DNA from: Phoronis australis
Lineage: Eukaryota; Animalia; Phoronida
Reading direction: 5' to 3'
NCBI GenBank assembly: GCA_002633005.1
Contig: NMRA01000465.1
Coordinates: 222,472 to 286,471 of the forward strand
Length of the DNA: 64,000 nucleotides
Made by a program: the position numbers and the translations under genes. This document shows positions 1 to 15,000 of this stretch, piece after piece (position 1 is the first letter of the stretch; every line of letters starts with the position of its first letter). The notes under the pieces were generated by a model. That model did not search any database and had not been told where the DNA came from. It was given only the letters and a program-made list of their open reading frames with translations.

Positions 1-51
1 TCACCCTTTGTTACCGAGTAAACTTTATAAATATTAACTCAACGTCCTTAC

Positions 52-3000
52 TCAGTGAATGGGCAATACTTGGCTTGTGGACAGTCAGTGCAGGTCATGA
101 CGCCCTCTACTGAGTAGGAACCCGCAGCACACGGCGTGTTCTTCGTTGGGTCAGTTTTATCAGGACATGCATAGCCTGCTGGACATTTGGTGCACTGGGT
201 CTGACCAGCGCTGCTGATATGACCTGCAAACACAAAGATATGGTGCAGAATCAATGATATATGACGACTGCTCAATAACATGAAAAATAAAATTAATGCA
301 ATTAAATAACACATTGGACCTAAACATCCAACAGAAACAATTAATTTTAACATACAGAAGAGGAGAAGACTGAGTGAACACAGTCCATGAAAATCCACTT
401 GCGGAACAGACATCCCTAGACTTAAGATTATTGGAAAGATCCAAATGAGAGGACTTGGTGACAACGTAAGGGATAACCATAGTTAGGATGGGATCACCGT
501 GGTAACTGCACACTATGGAGTGAAGATGAACCTCAAATTTTGCAGAGTTTAACCACGAAGCATACAAGAGATATAAGGAGTGTTGAAGGTTGTCGCAATC
601 GTCACATATCCTTATATACCTGATTCACAGCTCTTGCCAATTTTTGTGGTGTCCTCGCAATACTGGCCTCCTGGACACTCAGTGCATGCCACGGCCGTCG
701 GGTCAGTGTTGTAATAACCAGCCTGGCAGGCTACCGGCTCCGCAGCCTTGTTCACACATGTATGACCTGAAACATGGCCGCAGTTGAGGCAATCTCCTTA
801 GGAAACTAAACGATCAAAACTGGTGAATTGGAGAACTTCATTTTCTTCAAAAAAGAAGAGAAAAGTATTTTTCATTATAAAAAATAATTATTCAATACTC
901 CAATTATCACTAAAGTGTTCTTCATAATTTAAATTGTCTTGCAGTTTCTATTTTTTAATTTCACTGAATTTAGCTGTAAAAAAATTCTGGTACACATCAC
1001 CTCACAATCTCCATTATTACTCAAAAAACGACTAACACTTCAGTAATCTCTATCCAATGGTTGAACAGAACTTTCTGATTTTAATCAATAGTGAACAACA
1101 ACAAAAATGTCAACCAACCTAAAGGACACGCAGTGCAGGACGTCTGTCCACCCGTAGAGTACGTTCCGCTTGTACACTGGACAGTGGATGTCCTGTCTGG
1201 ACACATGTAGCCTGCTGGACAGTATATGCACTTAGTGGCCATCTCGCCGGAGTAGTAGCCATCACTACAAGGGGTCTGAATGGACGAGTTGCTTGGACAG
1301 TAGTTCCCAGCAGTGCAGTTGGAGCATACCATGGCTAAAGGGGAGAGACAGGACATAGAGTATTACATAGTATTACACAATATTAATACAGCATTACACA
1401 ATATTACACAATATTACTACAGCTTCACGCAATATCACAAAAAGATTAATGTTACCAGTAATGTCTAATTAGGAATCATTGATGGTCTTACCACTTTTCC
1501 AGCACACTACATGTTTTAAAGTGATTTTATATCTACTCAACCTTTGGTCATACATAGACTGGTCCACTCACCTCCCTCTGCACTGTACTGCCCGGGTGCA
1601 CACAGCTGTGGTACACTAGAGGCCGAGGCACAGCTCATTCCAACTGGACAGGTGACACAGGAGGTCGAGCCCGCCTCAGAGTAAGCACCTGCAGGTGTAG
1701 TATTCACAATGTATTGAACCTGACCTTGACAAATGCAAACATGTAGAAAACAATCTTCACTGAACAACATTGGAGAACTTGCACTTACCATGGCTCCGTT
1801 TCATNCGCTCTCCCATTATGTGTATAGGGATACAAGTGATCCTTGACTCCACCCACTTTTCTTACCTCATGAAGATGGAAGGGCAACAAGTGAACATTAA
1901 CTCCGCCCTCCCACTATTCTTACCTGATGAACAGGCCTGTACGGTAGTTGTGGAAGAACAGAAGGATCCTGCAGGACACTGTGTACATGAGGCATTGCCT
2001 AGCAACGAATATTCACCAGGGGAACAGTCGACTGGGTCCAACCTAGAAGTTATTACGTTTGCTATGTTAGGCCTGTTTATACAGTAGAATGACATCAGCA
2101 ATGAAACTCAATCGAGGGAGCAAGGTAATCCTTGTCTGCACATAAACTAAATGACAGCCTTGCACAGTCATTTAGCCTTGCACAGTCATTTAGCCTTGCA
2201 CAGTCATTTAGCCTTGCACAGTCATTTAGCCTTGCACAGTCATTTAGCCTTGCACAGTCATTTAGCCTTGCACAGTCCTTTAGCCTTGCACATTTTTTTT
2301 AACTTATTAATTTCCACAACTCTTTCGTGCATACAAACTGGTTTCTGTCATTTTGCAGATGGTGATTAGGAAGCCAGCAACTAAATAAATGATTTGAGTC
2401 ACAGCAACACATTACAAGGCAGCGTGGACAGAACAATCAGCATCAAGTACTCCATGGTGGAATGACTACGTCCACCATCCAACAATAACATGTTAAGAGA
2501 CATTAAAGGGAAAACCAACTATTTTTGACGTTACGTTTATTAAAATTCCAGACCCCTGGTTATCCCAGAAATCCCTTTTTCGGGGTTATTTAATGTTTCA
2601 CTAACATGCATTTACTATCCAGAGAACAATAGGAAGTGATGTAAACGGCCCAACAAAGGGCCTGCATCTTGGTTCTGCATTCACTTCTAATGAGGAAACG
2701 CAGTGTCTTACTCCCTATTGAATATATGTACAACGCTGTGTATGTCATTCTTCTTAATGCAACTTTCTATTTATCATCCGACAGTACCTACTCTTCAACG
2801 GGACAGTAACTGACACACTCTCCAAGATAACCAGGTATCTACAGTTTCACTAAAGATAACATCAAAAATGGTCGTTTTCCCGTGAAGGCTACATACGTGG
2901 GGTCAGAACACTTCTTGCCAGCTGGACATTGGTCACACTTGGTGGCTCCTGTGCTGGACGTGTACTCATCTAGATGGACAAACAGTGGACATTGGTCAAT

Positions 3001-6000
3001 ATAACACATGTTAATGAACAGAAACTTAGAGGATTTAATTTACAATTGGATTTACAATAATTTATTTTAATGTAAAAACAGGTATGCTGCTGCATACAGC
3101 TTCTCACAGACATGTGTAGCAATACTCACGATTATTAACAGCAGCTACTTATTATTGAAAACAAGATTGTCCACAGCCTAAGGTTATCACAGTTTCTTTC
3201 AAATGTTAATTTTAAACTATAAGTAGCACACTTTAATGAACACATCCTGTGTTAATACTATAAGCAGAGCATAATTGAATGAACACATCCTCCAATAATG
3301 AAACGAAAACACAAGTGTAAGCTCACGGGGATACAAGTTCATTATTAGTAGCATTGTCATAGTCATATAAGGCATCGATCTCTCCACAAGGCAGCATGGA
3401 CATTAACTATGGACACAAAATTTTGGATTTACATAATTATGTTAAGAAATATTTCAGACAATAAGCTGAGTCAACCATTTCATGTCAAGTTTCATTGCAT
3501 GGTTTCAGGGCAACTCACCAAATACGTCGTCTCAAATCTCACCTGCATTACAAAGTGTGCATATTGTAGCTCCACCTGTGGAGAAGTATCCTTTCGGACA
3601 CACTTTGGCTTCTGTAGACGAGCAAAATGAACCAGGAGGACAGACCACACATGATGATGAACCTACAATGAGAGGATATTATGTACAGATGATGAACCCA
3701 TGATGAAGGAGGGGGTGCTATGTACACAGGTGAACCTCACAAGCAGACGTACAAGTAGTTCACAAACTGGAGTAAAAACATCCTGTTAAGCTGAGCAGTC
3801 ACGTGGATGTGTGAATACGAGTTTTGCGTAATATGCAGATCAGGGCCCAGTTGCATAAAAGTTACACGCCGTATGGAAACAATGACTTCGCATTATCCCG
3901 CGCTTATTGTTGAATAACGCACCCAGCGTCATGCAACAATCAAATTTATCCAGCGTATAACTTTGTTTGAACTTTTGTGCAACCCAGTCCAGTGTAATAA
4001 CATATTGTTTGAATAACTATTCCTGAAATTATACTTATGACTCATAATAAGATTACCAAACCTAGTGATCAAATACTGGATTCACTTTTTACAAATGATT
4101 TGCTTCTTGATCAAAATTGGACACGGTGTCATTTTGAACTACTTTCAGCTCATAACAACAAGGCATATCTGAAGTGCCTTTAACTGACAACAACCAGATT
4201 TTACTTATTGATGAATGCACAGCTGGTGCATCTTATCCTATCAACACTCATCTGCCCATCACTCACCATTAGTACTGTAGTTACCACTTTCACAGGCGTG
4301 ACAGAAGGCATCCCCCTCTGTACTGTAATAACCTCCAGGACACTGGACGGCATTGATCCGGTCAATACACTGATGTCCAGCTGGGCACAGGTCACACGTT
4401 TGCTGACCTGTTGGACAAAGATAAGTATCAAACTGGACATTGGATAGAAGTTGAATGGGCTGGACATGCTGCTGTCTAGTTATTAACTAGCAATTACTTG
4501 AAGTGTCATTAACATATATCAATATTTTATGAAATATAATGAAATTACAAAAAACACAGCTAAACCACATTACACACTGTCAGTTTTTAAAGTGACACTG
4601 GCCCAGTTAATAAAAATAAAATAATAAAGTTCAAAACACTTCCTTAAGTCGATTCAAGACACTAACCAGGTAGTGATAGTTTGTCTTTTTGTAACTCCTC
4701 TAACTGCTGATGAACACATAGGTTGACTAAATGATACTTCTTCACCAGGATTCTATACTTTACTGAAGAACTTACATATTCCTGCCCAGCACCGTTCTTA
4801 ATGATTAAACTGCAGCAACTGTTTTACAGGCCACAACATGGTTATAGTTTTCGAAATAAATTAGACAGAGTTCGACAGAACTCTGCCAGACTGTGCCAAA
4901 CGTGGACAAAGCTCTTGCAGGTATTTGGCAGTTAACTTTTGCCACAACACAATATCAGTTTTGCCGAATTTTAGTCAGAGTTTAATGTGATGTTATTGAG
5001 GCTAGCCACTAATCGTTTATTAGTGAATGGAATTGCAATGTAAATTGCCTTCTGACAACAGCTGTAAAGGTTCTGCAGAGATTCAGACAGCATTGAAACA
5101 GAGTCTAGTTTAATAGAACTGTGTTATTTAATTGCAGCTTTGTGCATCTAAACTTTGAATATCGACATTGTCCTGTATACTTTGAAAACCTGCTGTACAT
5201 ACCAAGTGAGCCAGTGTACGTCCCCTCTGAGCAAGCTGTTGGAGAGTCAAACACATTGGGACACATGTGACCACGAGGGCACTGAGTGCAGCTGGAGCTG
5301 CCATTTAATGCATAGGTGCCGTCCCCGCACTGGACGGGCGTGACCGTGCCTGCAGACAGGGGGCACTGATATCCACCCGGACACTCAAGGCAAGAAGTGG
5401 CAGCATCACTGGGGCTGTACTGTCCGAGAGGACACGCCTGCAATACATGGATAACTTCACGTTGATCAACAGTAAAGCTTTGCCTAGAGGGACATGTCTG
5501 GACTGGAGGGACAATTTCACGTTATTCAAGGATGGACTAAAGTTGTGTCTAGATGGAAATTTAAATAAGTACAAGCTGCACCTGGGACAACTTGTGCCAG
5601 CTTAACTGTTGGACTGGACACAATGGAGCTTGGAAATGTTAGCATTTTAAGAAATAAGAGCCTCAATAAGTGAACATTTCTACTTTTGTAATATCACACA
5701 TTGAATAAAAGATCCTGTGTTCATTCAGCTTTTAGGATAATATTGGTGAATAAAATTCAACAAAGAAGGTGTTAGCTGTTGAAAGAACTTTGCACTTTTT
5801 ATCACATCTTGATAACACTTGAGTACTTCCTAATCCTAGTTCCCAGATTAGTATCAGGTTGTCACCACGACAACACTACTGTTAAGAAAGCATCAGGAAA
5901 GTCTGTCAGTGTGTGTCTGGGCACCAGTAGATAAGGAAGATAGACTGCACAGTAAAATGGGAAGTTGAACACAAATACAGAGTATCACTTCTTATGAGTT

Positions 6001-9000
6001 AACACATGTGTCACTTGGAAAATTCAAAAATCAAGGAGAGGCGTTGAATTTGGCATCGGCACTTGAAAACAAGATTTTTAAACAGCTTGTTGAAGACAAG
6101 GAGGTTTACCCAAACCGTCAATTCACTCAAGTAGATGCCTGCACCATTTTTGCGTATGAAAATACTAGAAAACGCATAAGCCAAAAGCACTATTCGTATC
6201 TCCAGTAAAAAGTGCTAATTTTCCCACCTGAATATGGCAAGGTGCTGGTGTCAAAGATAAACTTCTATCCAGGCCTTTATGCAGCGTAGGTCCTGGCACT
6301 AATCTGGAGGCCCTGGCAAGGACGCCCAATATATCATTTGGACACCCACTGTCAATAGGAACCTTTCAAGTTTGGACTCACACATTGTAATGAATACTAG
6401 GAAGCCTCTGAAGGATCACAGTGGGGGCTCTTTTTTCAAAGCAGGAAGAAATATACAATGTATATACAAAGTATATGCATTTTTGCTATTTTGACACTTG
6501 ATTGACAGCATTGTAAAAGTCTTAGTCTACAGTTTTTGTAGTAAAAATGCTCACCATAGAAGGCTGTTTTATAAACTTAGATGTAAAAACCTTGATCTAT
6601 GCATTTTTTGTAAAAAAATCTGTGTGTTTGGGGGTATTGCTGGGGGTGGGGGAATCATGGACGCCCTAGAATATTGGGAACCCCATTCTGGACACTCTAT
6701 TTTCAAAATCCTGGATAAAGGCCTGCTTCTACCCAATGGTAAGCAACTTGCAGACATTTTTGGAACTAAAATTCTCATGAGAAACATGTTCACAAAGACA
6801 CCGGCAGTTTAAAGAAAGTCTCGAGGGTATAAATTGGTATTGGGTCCTAAGCCCAGCAAGTGTTGTTGGAAATTTTGGGGCTTTAACCCACATGATAACA
6901 ATAGTAATTAAGCTTATGGTTGCTTTTATCAGCCAGTGAGCCATTACACGTAGACACATAAAATTTGCCTAACTCGCTGATAGGTAAATGTTTTCCGAGT
7001 GTAAAAAGAGTGCAAATTTCAATTTTGGATTTAATACTAATCTTCCATTGAATGAGTCAACTGAGTCTGTTTCTAGATGATAATATAGCAACAACAAAGG
7101 AACATTCATAGTAAAAAAAAGGAAGACTCAACCCACGGCTTAACCTAATTTTATTTCGAATCATTGGAAGGAACCTTGCGATTTTGACACATCTAAATTA
7201 GAGATGGCACTCAAAATAGATAGAGTAGATGTATTCTATGTCATGGAAGCAAGAGTTGAAACCATAACAGGGATTTTTCAACCTGTGAAACCATGTCCTC
7301 AGAAAAAAGAACCCTACTTTATATTATTCAATCAGACATGCTATAATAACAATATAACAAAAGCCAGAATTGAATTGCTTGGTACACTGCATTATGTCCC
7401 TAGACTCAACCATTCATTATGTCCTGTCAATAATTCATGTAAGGCCAGTTATGTGCAGAACACTTCAGGCAAGTAGAGTATAATATTAAGAGCTATGAGC
7501 CTGTGAAGTCAGAGGTTATCTCCAGTTGTAGGAACCTAGTGTTAGCTGGACTGAGTTACTAAGCACCAATAGCTTGCAGCAGAAGCATCTGTAAATATCA
7601 TGAGATTATAAAAACATAAATGATACTGTCAGGTGATGCTTTTATACAACAAAATCTTACGAATTTAGGACACAATATGGCAGAGAGGTGGACATTATAT
7701 TTTTTCGTTTTTTTCTTAAAAGGCAGGCAGCGCCGAATTAATATCATTTTTTATAAAGTCCTGTATCGTGGCTAGTATAAGACAATGTTTCGAGAAACTG
7801 TGCATATCCAAAACAATGTTAGAGGACTTAGAAAAATGAAAACGATCAATTTTGGCAATTAATTTTTGTCCAAAATTGGTGAATTTTACCGCAATAGGTA
7901 GCCTAAATGTTGTTAGAATGCAAGAATACATGTACTGAACTATATCACACCTACATTTTGGAGAACGATTCGATTTAATAAACAGTGAAAAATCTGGACT
8001 CATTTCACGACAGCGTTTAAGGTAACTGTGAACCTTGTTTACCAGGATGTACTTTTGTGAAAATACCTTAAGTTCCGTTAGCTCTAACCCCTACAAGATA
8101 TAATATATTTTCTGAAAGGTAAATAAATTTCCTAAGAAAATTTATTATTTTTATTGGTTTTTACTGTCTATTTTTTCACGAGATATGTCATTTTTAGTAA
8201 AAATAAATTACTGACTTTGAACAAAGACTTTAAAAATATTGTTCCTCCAATCACATTGGTCTTTTCTCAACATGTTGATAACATCATTTTCGAGGGAACT
8301 GCGTCACGGATTTTTCAAATAGGTATTAATTTTTTTTTAATTATTGACTTTTTTATTTTTGAAGGACTCGTTCCGAAGAACTAAGACCTATTCAAATATC
8401 AAAAAGTCAAGTAAATAAGAATAATAAATTTTGTTAGGAAATTTATTTAACTTTCAGAAAATATACACTTTGTAGGGGTTAGAGCTAACAGAATTTAAGA
8501 TATTTGTACATAAGTACAACATGCAGCACCAGACAGCCTTGAACACTATACATTGGACAGCAAAAATACATTTTACAATGCCATGAAAATGGCTCAAACC
8601 TCAAATGCACAGATTTTCCCTAACAGGCAGATTGATTTCTGCCTAGTAGATACAGAAAGGCTGTTTTCATCTTTCTAATGTCAGCGTACTTTCTAAAATT
8701 CCAAATTGAAAGTAAGGCACCTGGATCTCAAGTACTACCATCATTCAAGAGTTGTCATGGTAGCATTTTTAAAAGTGGAACAGGGTAATTGAGGTAAATA
8801 GTCGGAAAAACACGAAATGTACAGCTCCTCATTAACATAACGGCGTGAGAGCACTGTGAATGTCCTTGCGTGTGTCAAAACTAGAACATTCTAATCCTAT
8901 GACCGTATGTGAGACACACCATCAAAAGGCAGAATGGATCGTCTAAAAACTGGACAGTTAATTAACAACTACGCATCAGTCCACAGGAGAGCAGTTTTTG

Positions 9001-12000
9001 ACTCGCTTTTTGACAGACAGATCATGTCGATTACAGAGACAGCAAAATCATTAGCTTATGTAACTAATTTATATAAAGAATATTTTGACGGGCCGGAAGC
9101 AAGCGGTTAGATGAAAGATAGCACCAAGGGCATGTTCGGTGCAACTTGGCACAATCAAAGAAAATTTTGCAACACTGTTAACTCACCGAAAGTTAGTTGG
9201 TTGCCAGCCAGTCACCGTTCATACTTAAAGAGAGGGCTAAAAGTGCTAATCTTCATTGTTCAAATTTCTTAGAGAAAAAGGTGAATAACTTGTGGTGGTT
9301 GTACTGTTGGGCCATTCATAGCTGGAGAGAATTGCCATTATTTCCTGTGTTGTCAGATTAGTTACTTAGCAAAAAAATAATTCTTTCATCCATGAATAAG
9401 TAACTCATTTAGCAGTGAGCGATTTATCACACCTTACATAAATTATTCATCACCACATTTCACTGATATCTGCTTTAAAGCAATAAAACGTCTGCGTCAC
9501 AGAACCATTGACGCAGCAAACATAGCAATGATTTGCTTAAACTCCCCTATCTTATCCAAGCAAACACTTTAAATCTTGGAGTATTACCCCTAGTCAAATC
9601 TAACATATTGATAGGAATTAGTCAGAGAATCACCAAAGGATAACACCAAAGAACAGAGACTTTGCTGTCAGCCACAAGACAACTGAAAGTGCTCTCGAGA
9701 ATGACAACACTGCATAACTGGCAACAATGACTGTGATCAGAAAGTGGTGATTTATTTTTGTTATTGCCAACACAAGTATTATAAAACAATGTAATAATGG
9801 TACAGAGAATTAACCAACAAAACAAATCATTATATCCAGTATTATTTTCACAAAGTGATAAAATTATTGAAGTAGAAAATAGATGAGCAAAAACAAAAGG
9901 AAATCATACGGAATTAAAGGACTAACATACTAACAAAAAACAAACAAAAATCTTGCAGCGCTGAAGTTAAATGAATTGTTTACTAGGACATGGATTATGG
10001 AGACGGTGATGCCGTGATGTCCAAAAATTTGTGTTTTATGGCTAAAAAGACCTTTTATTAGTTTACGCTTTAGAGGACAGCAAACAGTAATGACATAGTT
10101 AACTTGCAAGTTCAGTTATCTGACATTTTGTGTTTTAAACTATACCAGTTGTCCTGCTAAACAAACACAATATCTGAATAGACATTATGTTACTGTAGTT
10201 AAGAGAGATAAGCAATGTGTTTATCACCATAGACCTGCACTACAACTACTAACATGAGGAAGTATTTTAACAGCGTACAGCATGAATACAAAATGATGCA
10301 TGGAAGTCTGCATAATAAATACATTTTTACGTCTCCCTTTTGCTCTAAATCCTGATTTACATCAATAATTCAAACAAACAGAAATTTCTTAATGACCAAG
10401 TAGAGCACAGTAATGCATCAAAAGTTCAAACTACCAGACAAGGTATTTTACTTTTTGAATTGTTGGTGAAAACATCAAATTGGTTGAGAAACCTTCCATT
10501 TTTTTCCTATTCTCCAAGGCGACAGTTTGACAGTTTGGCATCATAAACTGATTAAAATGCGGATGCTAAATTCATTTGGTCCAGACTAATTCAAGAGGAG
10601 TGAAGGGTCCATAACTCCAGCTGGTATCTTGTGCCACAAACATTGATTAATGTTGTCTGAACAAATATAACCAGGTCCACAATCTCACTGGTGCCAAAGT
10701 TTACCAACAAACATCTCTTGAATAAAAGAGTGTGCATGATCAATGCTTATTCATGCACAAGATCCTGGACATGAATCAGTCCCACAGACAGGTAGTGACC
10801 AATACAACACACAGACTGATAGTGAACTGACCAAGCCACACAAGGCTATTGTCCCTATTCACATGCATTAGCTGAGGAAGGCTGGATTTGAGGAGTGTAC
10901 AACAAATACGCAATGAGATAAGCTGAAAGAGGCAAAATAAACATTTTGGAAGAAAATATTTTAAAAGCACAGTATCTTTTCTTGGCCTATTTAAAAACAA
11001 GGAAAACTAAGAATATGACTCACGCTTGGAGATTTGCATCCACCAGTTCTGGTAGTGAAAATAGTTGTTCCTGACATCTTATGTAATTATTTATTGTTCA
11101 TAAAATTTATTTTTTGGATAGGTGATTCCCTTCAAAACTAAATCAAAATAAAAACCAAACAAAGCAAAGCCCCAGTTCACAACACTGAGTCAATTATTGC
11201 TACAAACCCTGTAACGCAATCAAAATAAACTATTTTAGATATTCTGTACTGAAACTTCACATGCTACATGAACAGTATTGCCTCTGCCAGGTTATCTGGT
11301 GAGCTGCTCCTCACCCTCCAACTTACCTTACAGTCCGCCACCGATGTCCTGGAGCCCTGGCTGTTATACGTCCCCGCAGAGCATGCCGCCATGGTGGCAC
11401 TACCCCCAGCACAGCTGTAACACAAGGAGGAGAGCGTTAGAAACCAATAAGAGCCAACAGCCCAAAGCCAGAACAGAGGGTGACGCAAATTTAATACTGG
11501 TCAGCTAGTGGTTTCTTCGGTTTTTTCATGTCTGAAAAGTTGTCAGTTGTAGTGCTCAAATAAGAGTTAGGACTATTCTGCCTCGGGACATTCATAAATT
11601 AAGGGTCTGGTAATTGAAAGCACAACATTCATATCCTCCTTTAAATAAGATCATAAAACACCAAATGAAAAACCTAAAATCTCTTTAACTGTTACCCTAG
11701 AAAAATGTCGAATTTTTGGCTAACACCGGAACATCATATCTCAAAAACGGCCGATTGGAAACTTTCAGATACCATACTTAATGCAAGCTGTTCACCAAGA
11801 CCTTGTAAGAATTTTTTTCTAAATGTTACACTTTTGCATGAGGGGCTATCAAAAATAGGACTTTTATGTTTTTATGACCAAACTCAAAATGAAAACGAAC
11901 CAATACTTAGAAAAATGTAAGTGTTTTTGAGATTTCATCTTGAACATTTATATCAAAGCAAATTTAACCACGCTCTTATTTGCCAATGTGTACCATGTTT

Positions 12001-15000
12001 CTACATTAATGTGAGTCCATGACGGTGTATTTTGGGTGAATGGAACGTGTTTTGTGAGTCCTGTCCTGTGTACGTGAGTCAGTGAACAGTGTTTGCAGGT
12101 ACGTGAGTCATGTTTTTGCATCTGATAACGTGTTAAGCAGACTGTTAACCATGAAGTTAAGGGATCTTGATTGAGTTCAAAGTAAAATTATGCAAAAGTA
12201 AAACTTTCAGACTACATACACTTTTACTGAATTAATAAATACACAGAATTGTCCATATGGTCATACATAACTAGGGGTTGATTTCTAGGAAACAACTCAA
12301 CTATTAATGATTAGTTTCAATTACCATTGATTAGCAGGCTTTGTTTAAACAAGTAACCCATTACACAGTGATAATTGAAGTGTACACAGAACAAAAGACC
12401 TTCAATCAATAACTAGCTGAACAAACAGCAAGAAAGTGAGGGACTAACCACATAAAGTGTGGATGAGACTAACAAGAAGTGGGGAATTGGTCACACAATG
12501 TAGGAGAGGCTAGGTGGAGTGGGGGTCACTGGTCACACAATGTAGGGGAGAGACTTACAGAGGGGGAATGACCACACAGTGTAGGGGTGAGACTAGATGG
12601 AGTGAAGGACCGATCACACAATGTTGGGGTGAGACTAGATGGAGTGGGGAACTTATCACACAATGTAGGCATGAGACCAGCTGGAAGTGGGGGATTGGAT
12701 ACACAATGTAGGGGAGAGACTTAAGCTAGGAGTGGGGGACTGATCACACAATGTAGTGGAGAGACTAGCTGGAGTGGGGGACTAGTCACACAATATAGGG
12801 GTGAGACTTGCTAACAGTGGGGGGACTGATCACACTAACTAGAGGTGAGACTAGCTGGAAGTGAGGGAGTGGTCACATAAAACAAGGATGAGATTAGTTG
12901 ACGAATGGTTTAGAAAAACTTATTGCTTTATAGAACTTCACTAAAGGATATGAACTAGTAGAATCTTACTAATAACACTGTGTATAAATCCAAATATCAA
13001 CATTCAGTAAAGGCATACATTTCAAAAATAGAAAACTTGCAGAATTTTATTCTTGACTTTAAACTAATTTGCCATTAATGGGGTCACATGACCATTAATG
13101 GGGTCACATGACCATGCCTTTCAAGCAAAATTTAGCAGAACATGTACATTCGTAACAAAACATGGTCAGACTTCATTTGATATCAATGTTCAAGGGAACA
13201 ACTCAAAAATACTGCTACAATTTTCTAAATTATTACTGTCTTTGTTTAATGTAAATCGATTTTTTTGTCACAGTCATAAAAGTCCTATTTTGATAGCCCC
13301 TCAAGTATCCTGTTAGCCATTTCACAGATCTGATGCTACAAAGTAAGGTAAATTTTGACCTTTTTCTTGAGTTCTACATAACTATTTTGGCAATCAAACC
13401 ATGGCCATATACTTGTCAATAAATAAACTTTAGAACTGCAATAGCCAAATTAGCAGGCTTCGTCTTCATAAATTTCAAAACCAATCAAAAGCGGAGATAA
13501 ATTCAAAGTAAATTTACATAAGCAATTGCTAGTGAGATTGTTGAAGCACCATTTAGCCTTAAGAACTGGGGTAACCCCCATGAAGATAAATAGACTTATG
13601 TGTCTGTTTGTCTGTGTTACTTGGAGTCCAGAAAAACACCAGTCATCTACATTACACATCAGACATTGGCAGGCTTTGTACAAGATGTTTATTTTAGGGT
13701 CAACAGGAATTACCATGTATAAGGGATGATAAAGAGACCAAGTGGAGACAGTTATCACTGTCAGCTTTTAACAGAAATCTTGTCCTATTTTCAATATTTT
13801 TCTAGCAAATATTTAATTTAAACATAAAACCATACAATTTCAGGTTTCAAAATAACTTAATTAATAGTCCTTTACATAAACACCAAAGTGTAGATGTTTT
13901 GGGGAGTGTTGATTGATAGGAACAATTCCAGTAACTCTGGTCTTGGACCAAACCTAAAAGTGCAAGTTAACTGCATGGTATATATGTGAAAGTACGAGAA
14001 AATGCAGAGAAAAATACATCCATATATCATTTTTATAGCGCCATCTTACAATAACTTTGAAGACCTCCTACAATAAAATGCTATGATATCAGTGTCTGCT
14101 AACAAGGGAAGCCTGTCCAAAATGCTTAAAATAGGAATTTTACATAGGCAACACTCAAGTAGCGGAGTTATGCTGGTATGAAAAAAACATTAGACAACAG
14201 AATAAGAATGTTTCTTACCATTGCATGTGTCCAACACCACTGAATAACTTTCTAATTTAAATAGTTAAAATAAATACAGATACAGTGGTAGGTAACTAAA
14301 TTAAAGATAACATACTTAAATTGCAACTTATGCGCAAGATTGTTATGACTGCAGAAGTTACAAAAATCTCAATGAAAAAAACAATTTTAAAAAGGATTGT
14401 TAACGTGTGTTTAAAAGGATACCAAACCGGGTTTTGGCCTATTAACAGGTGCTACAAACAAGTTTCCCATCCAATTCTTATAAGCAAAACAACCCTGCAA
14501 CCCTCGGCAACCCTCAAAAGTTTGGAGGACGATTTGAGAACCTGGACCTTTCAAAGTCTGCAGAAGGAGTAAGCATGACCTAGCTTTTACAGAATTACAC
14601 CGCAACTGTGAGAATAGAACACCCAACAAGGACCATAATGTCCATTTTATGACATAGGGAGTATAAGTTTTCAGTTTATTTCTCCCTGTTGGATGATTGA
14701 TGCCAATGATGCATTAGCAGGTGACCGAACGAGGGTTCGTTGAAATCAACAAAACAGATCAACAAAAAATGTCAGTGTTACATTCATTCATCCAGAACAA
14801 TTCCGTGGCCCTGGAGAATACAAAAAGTATTGTTTAGTAGACTGACAAATGGTATAATGTGCAGATCTTCAGTTTCCTGTTCCGTAAAAATACAACAAAA
14901 GCCAAGTCTTCAAGCAAATCATAACCTTTTTTAATCTAAATCAACCTACCGCCATCTCTATTCTATCAATAACAACACAAAATGGTCTCTCTCTCGTTAT

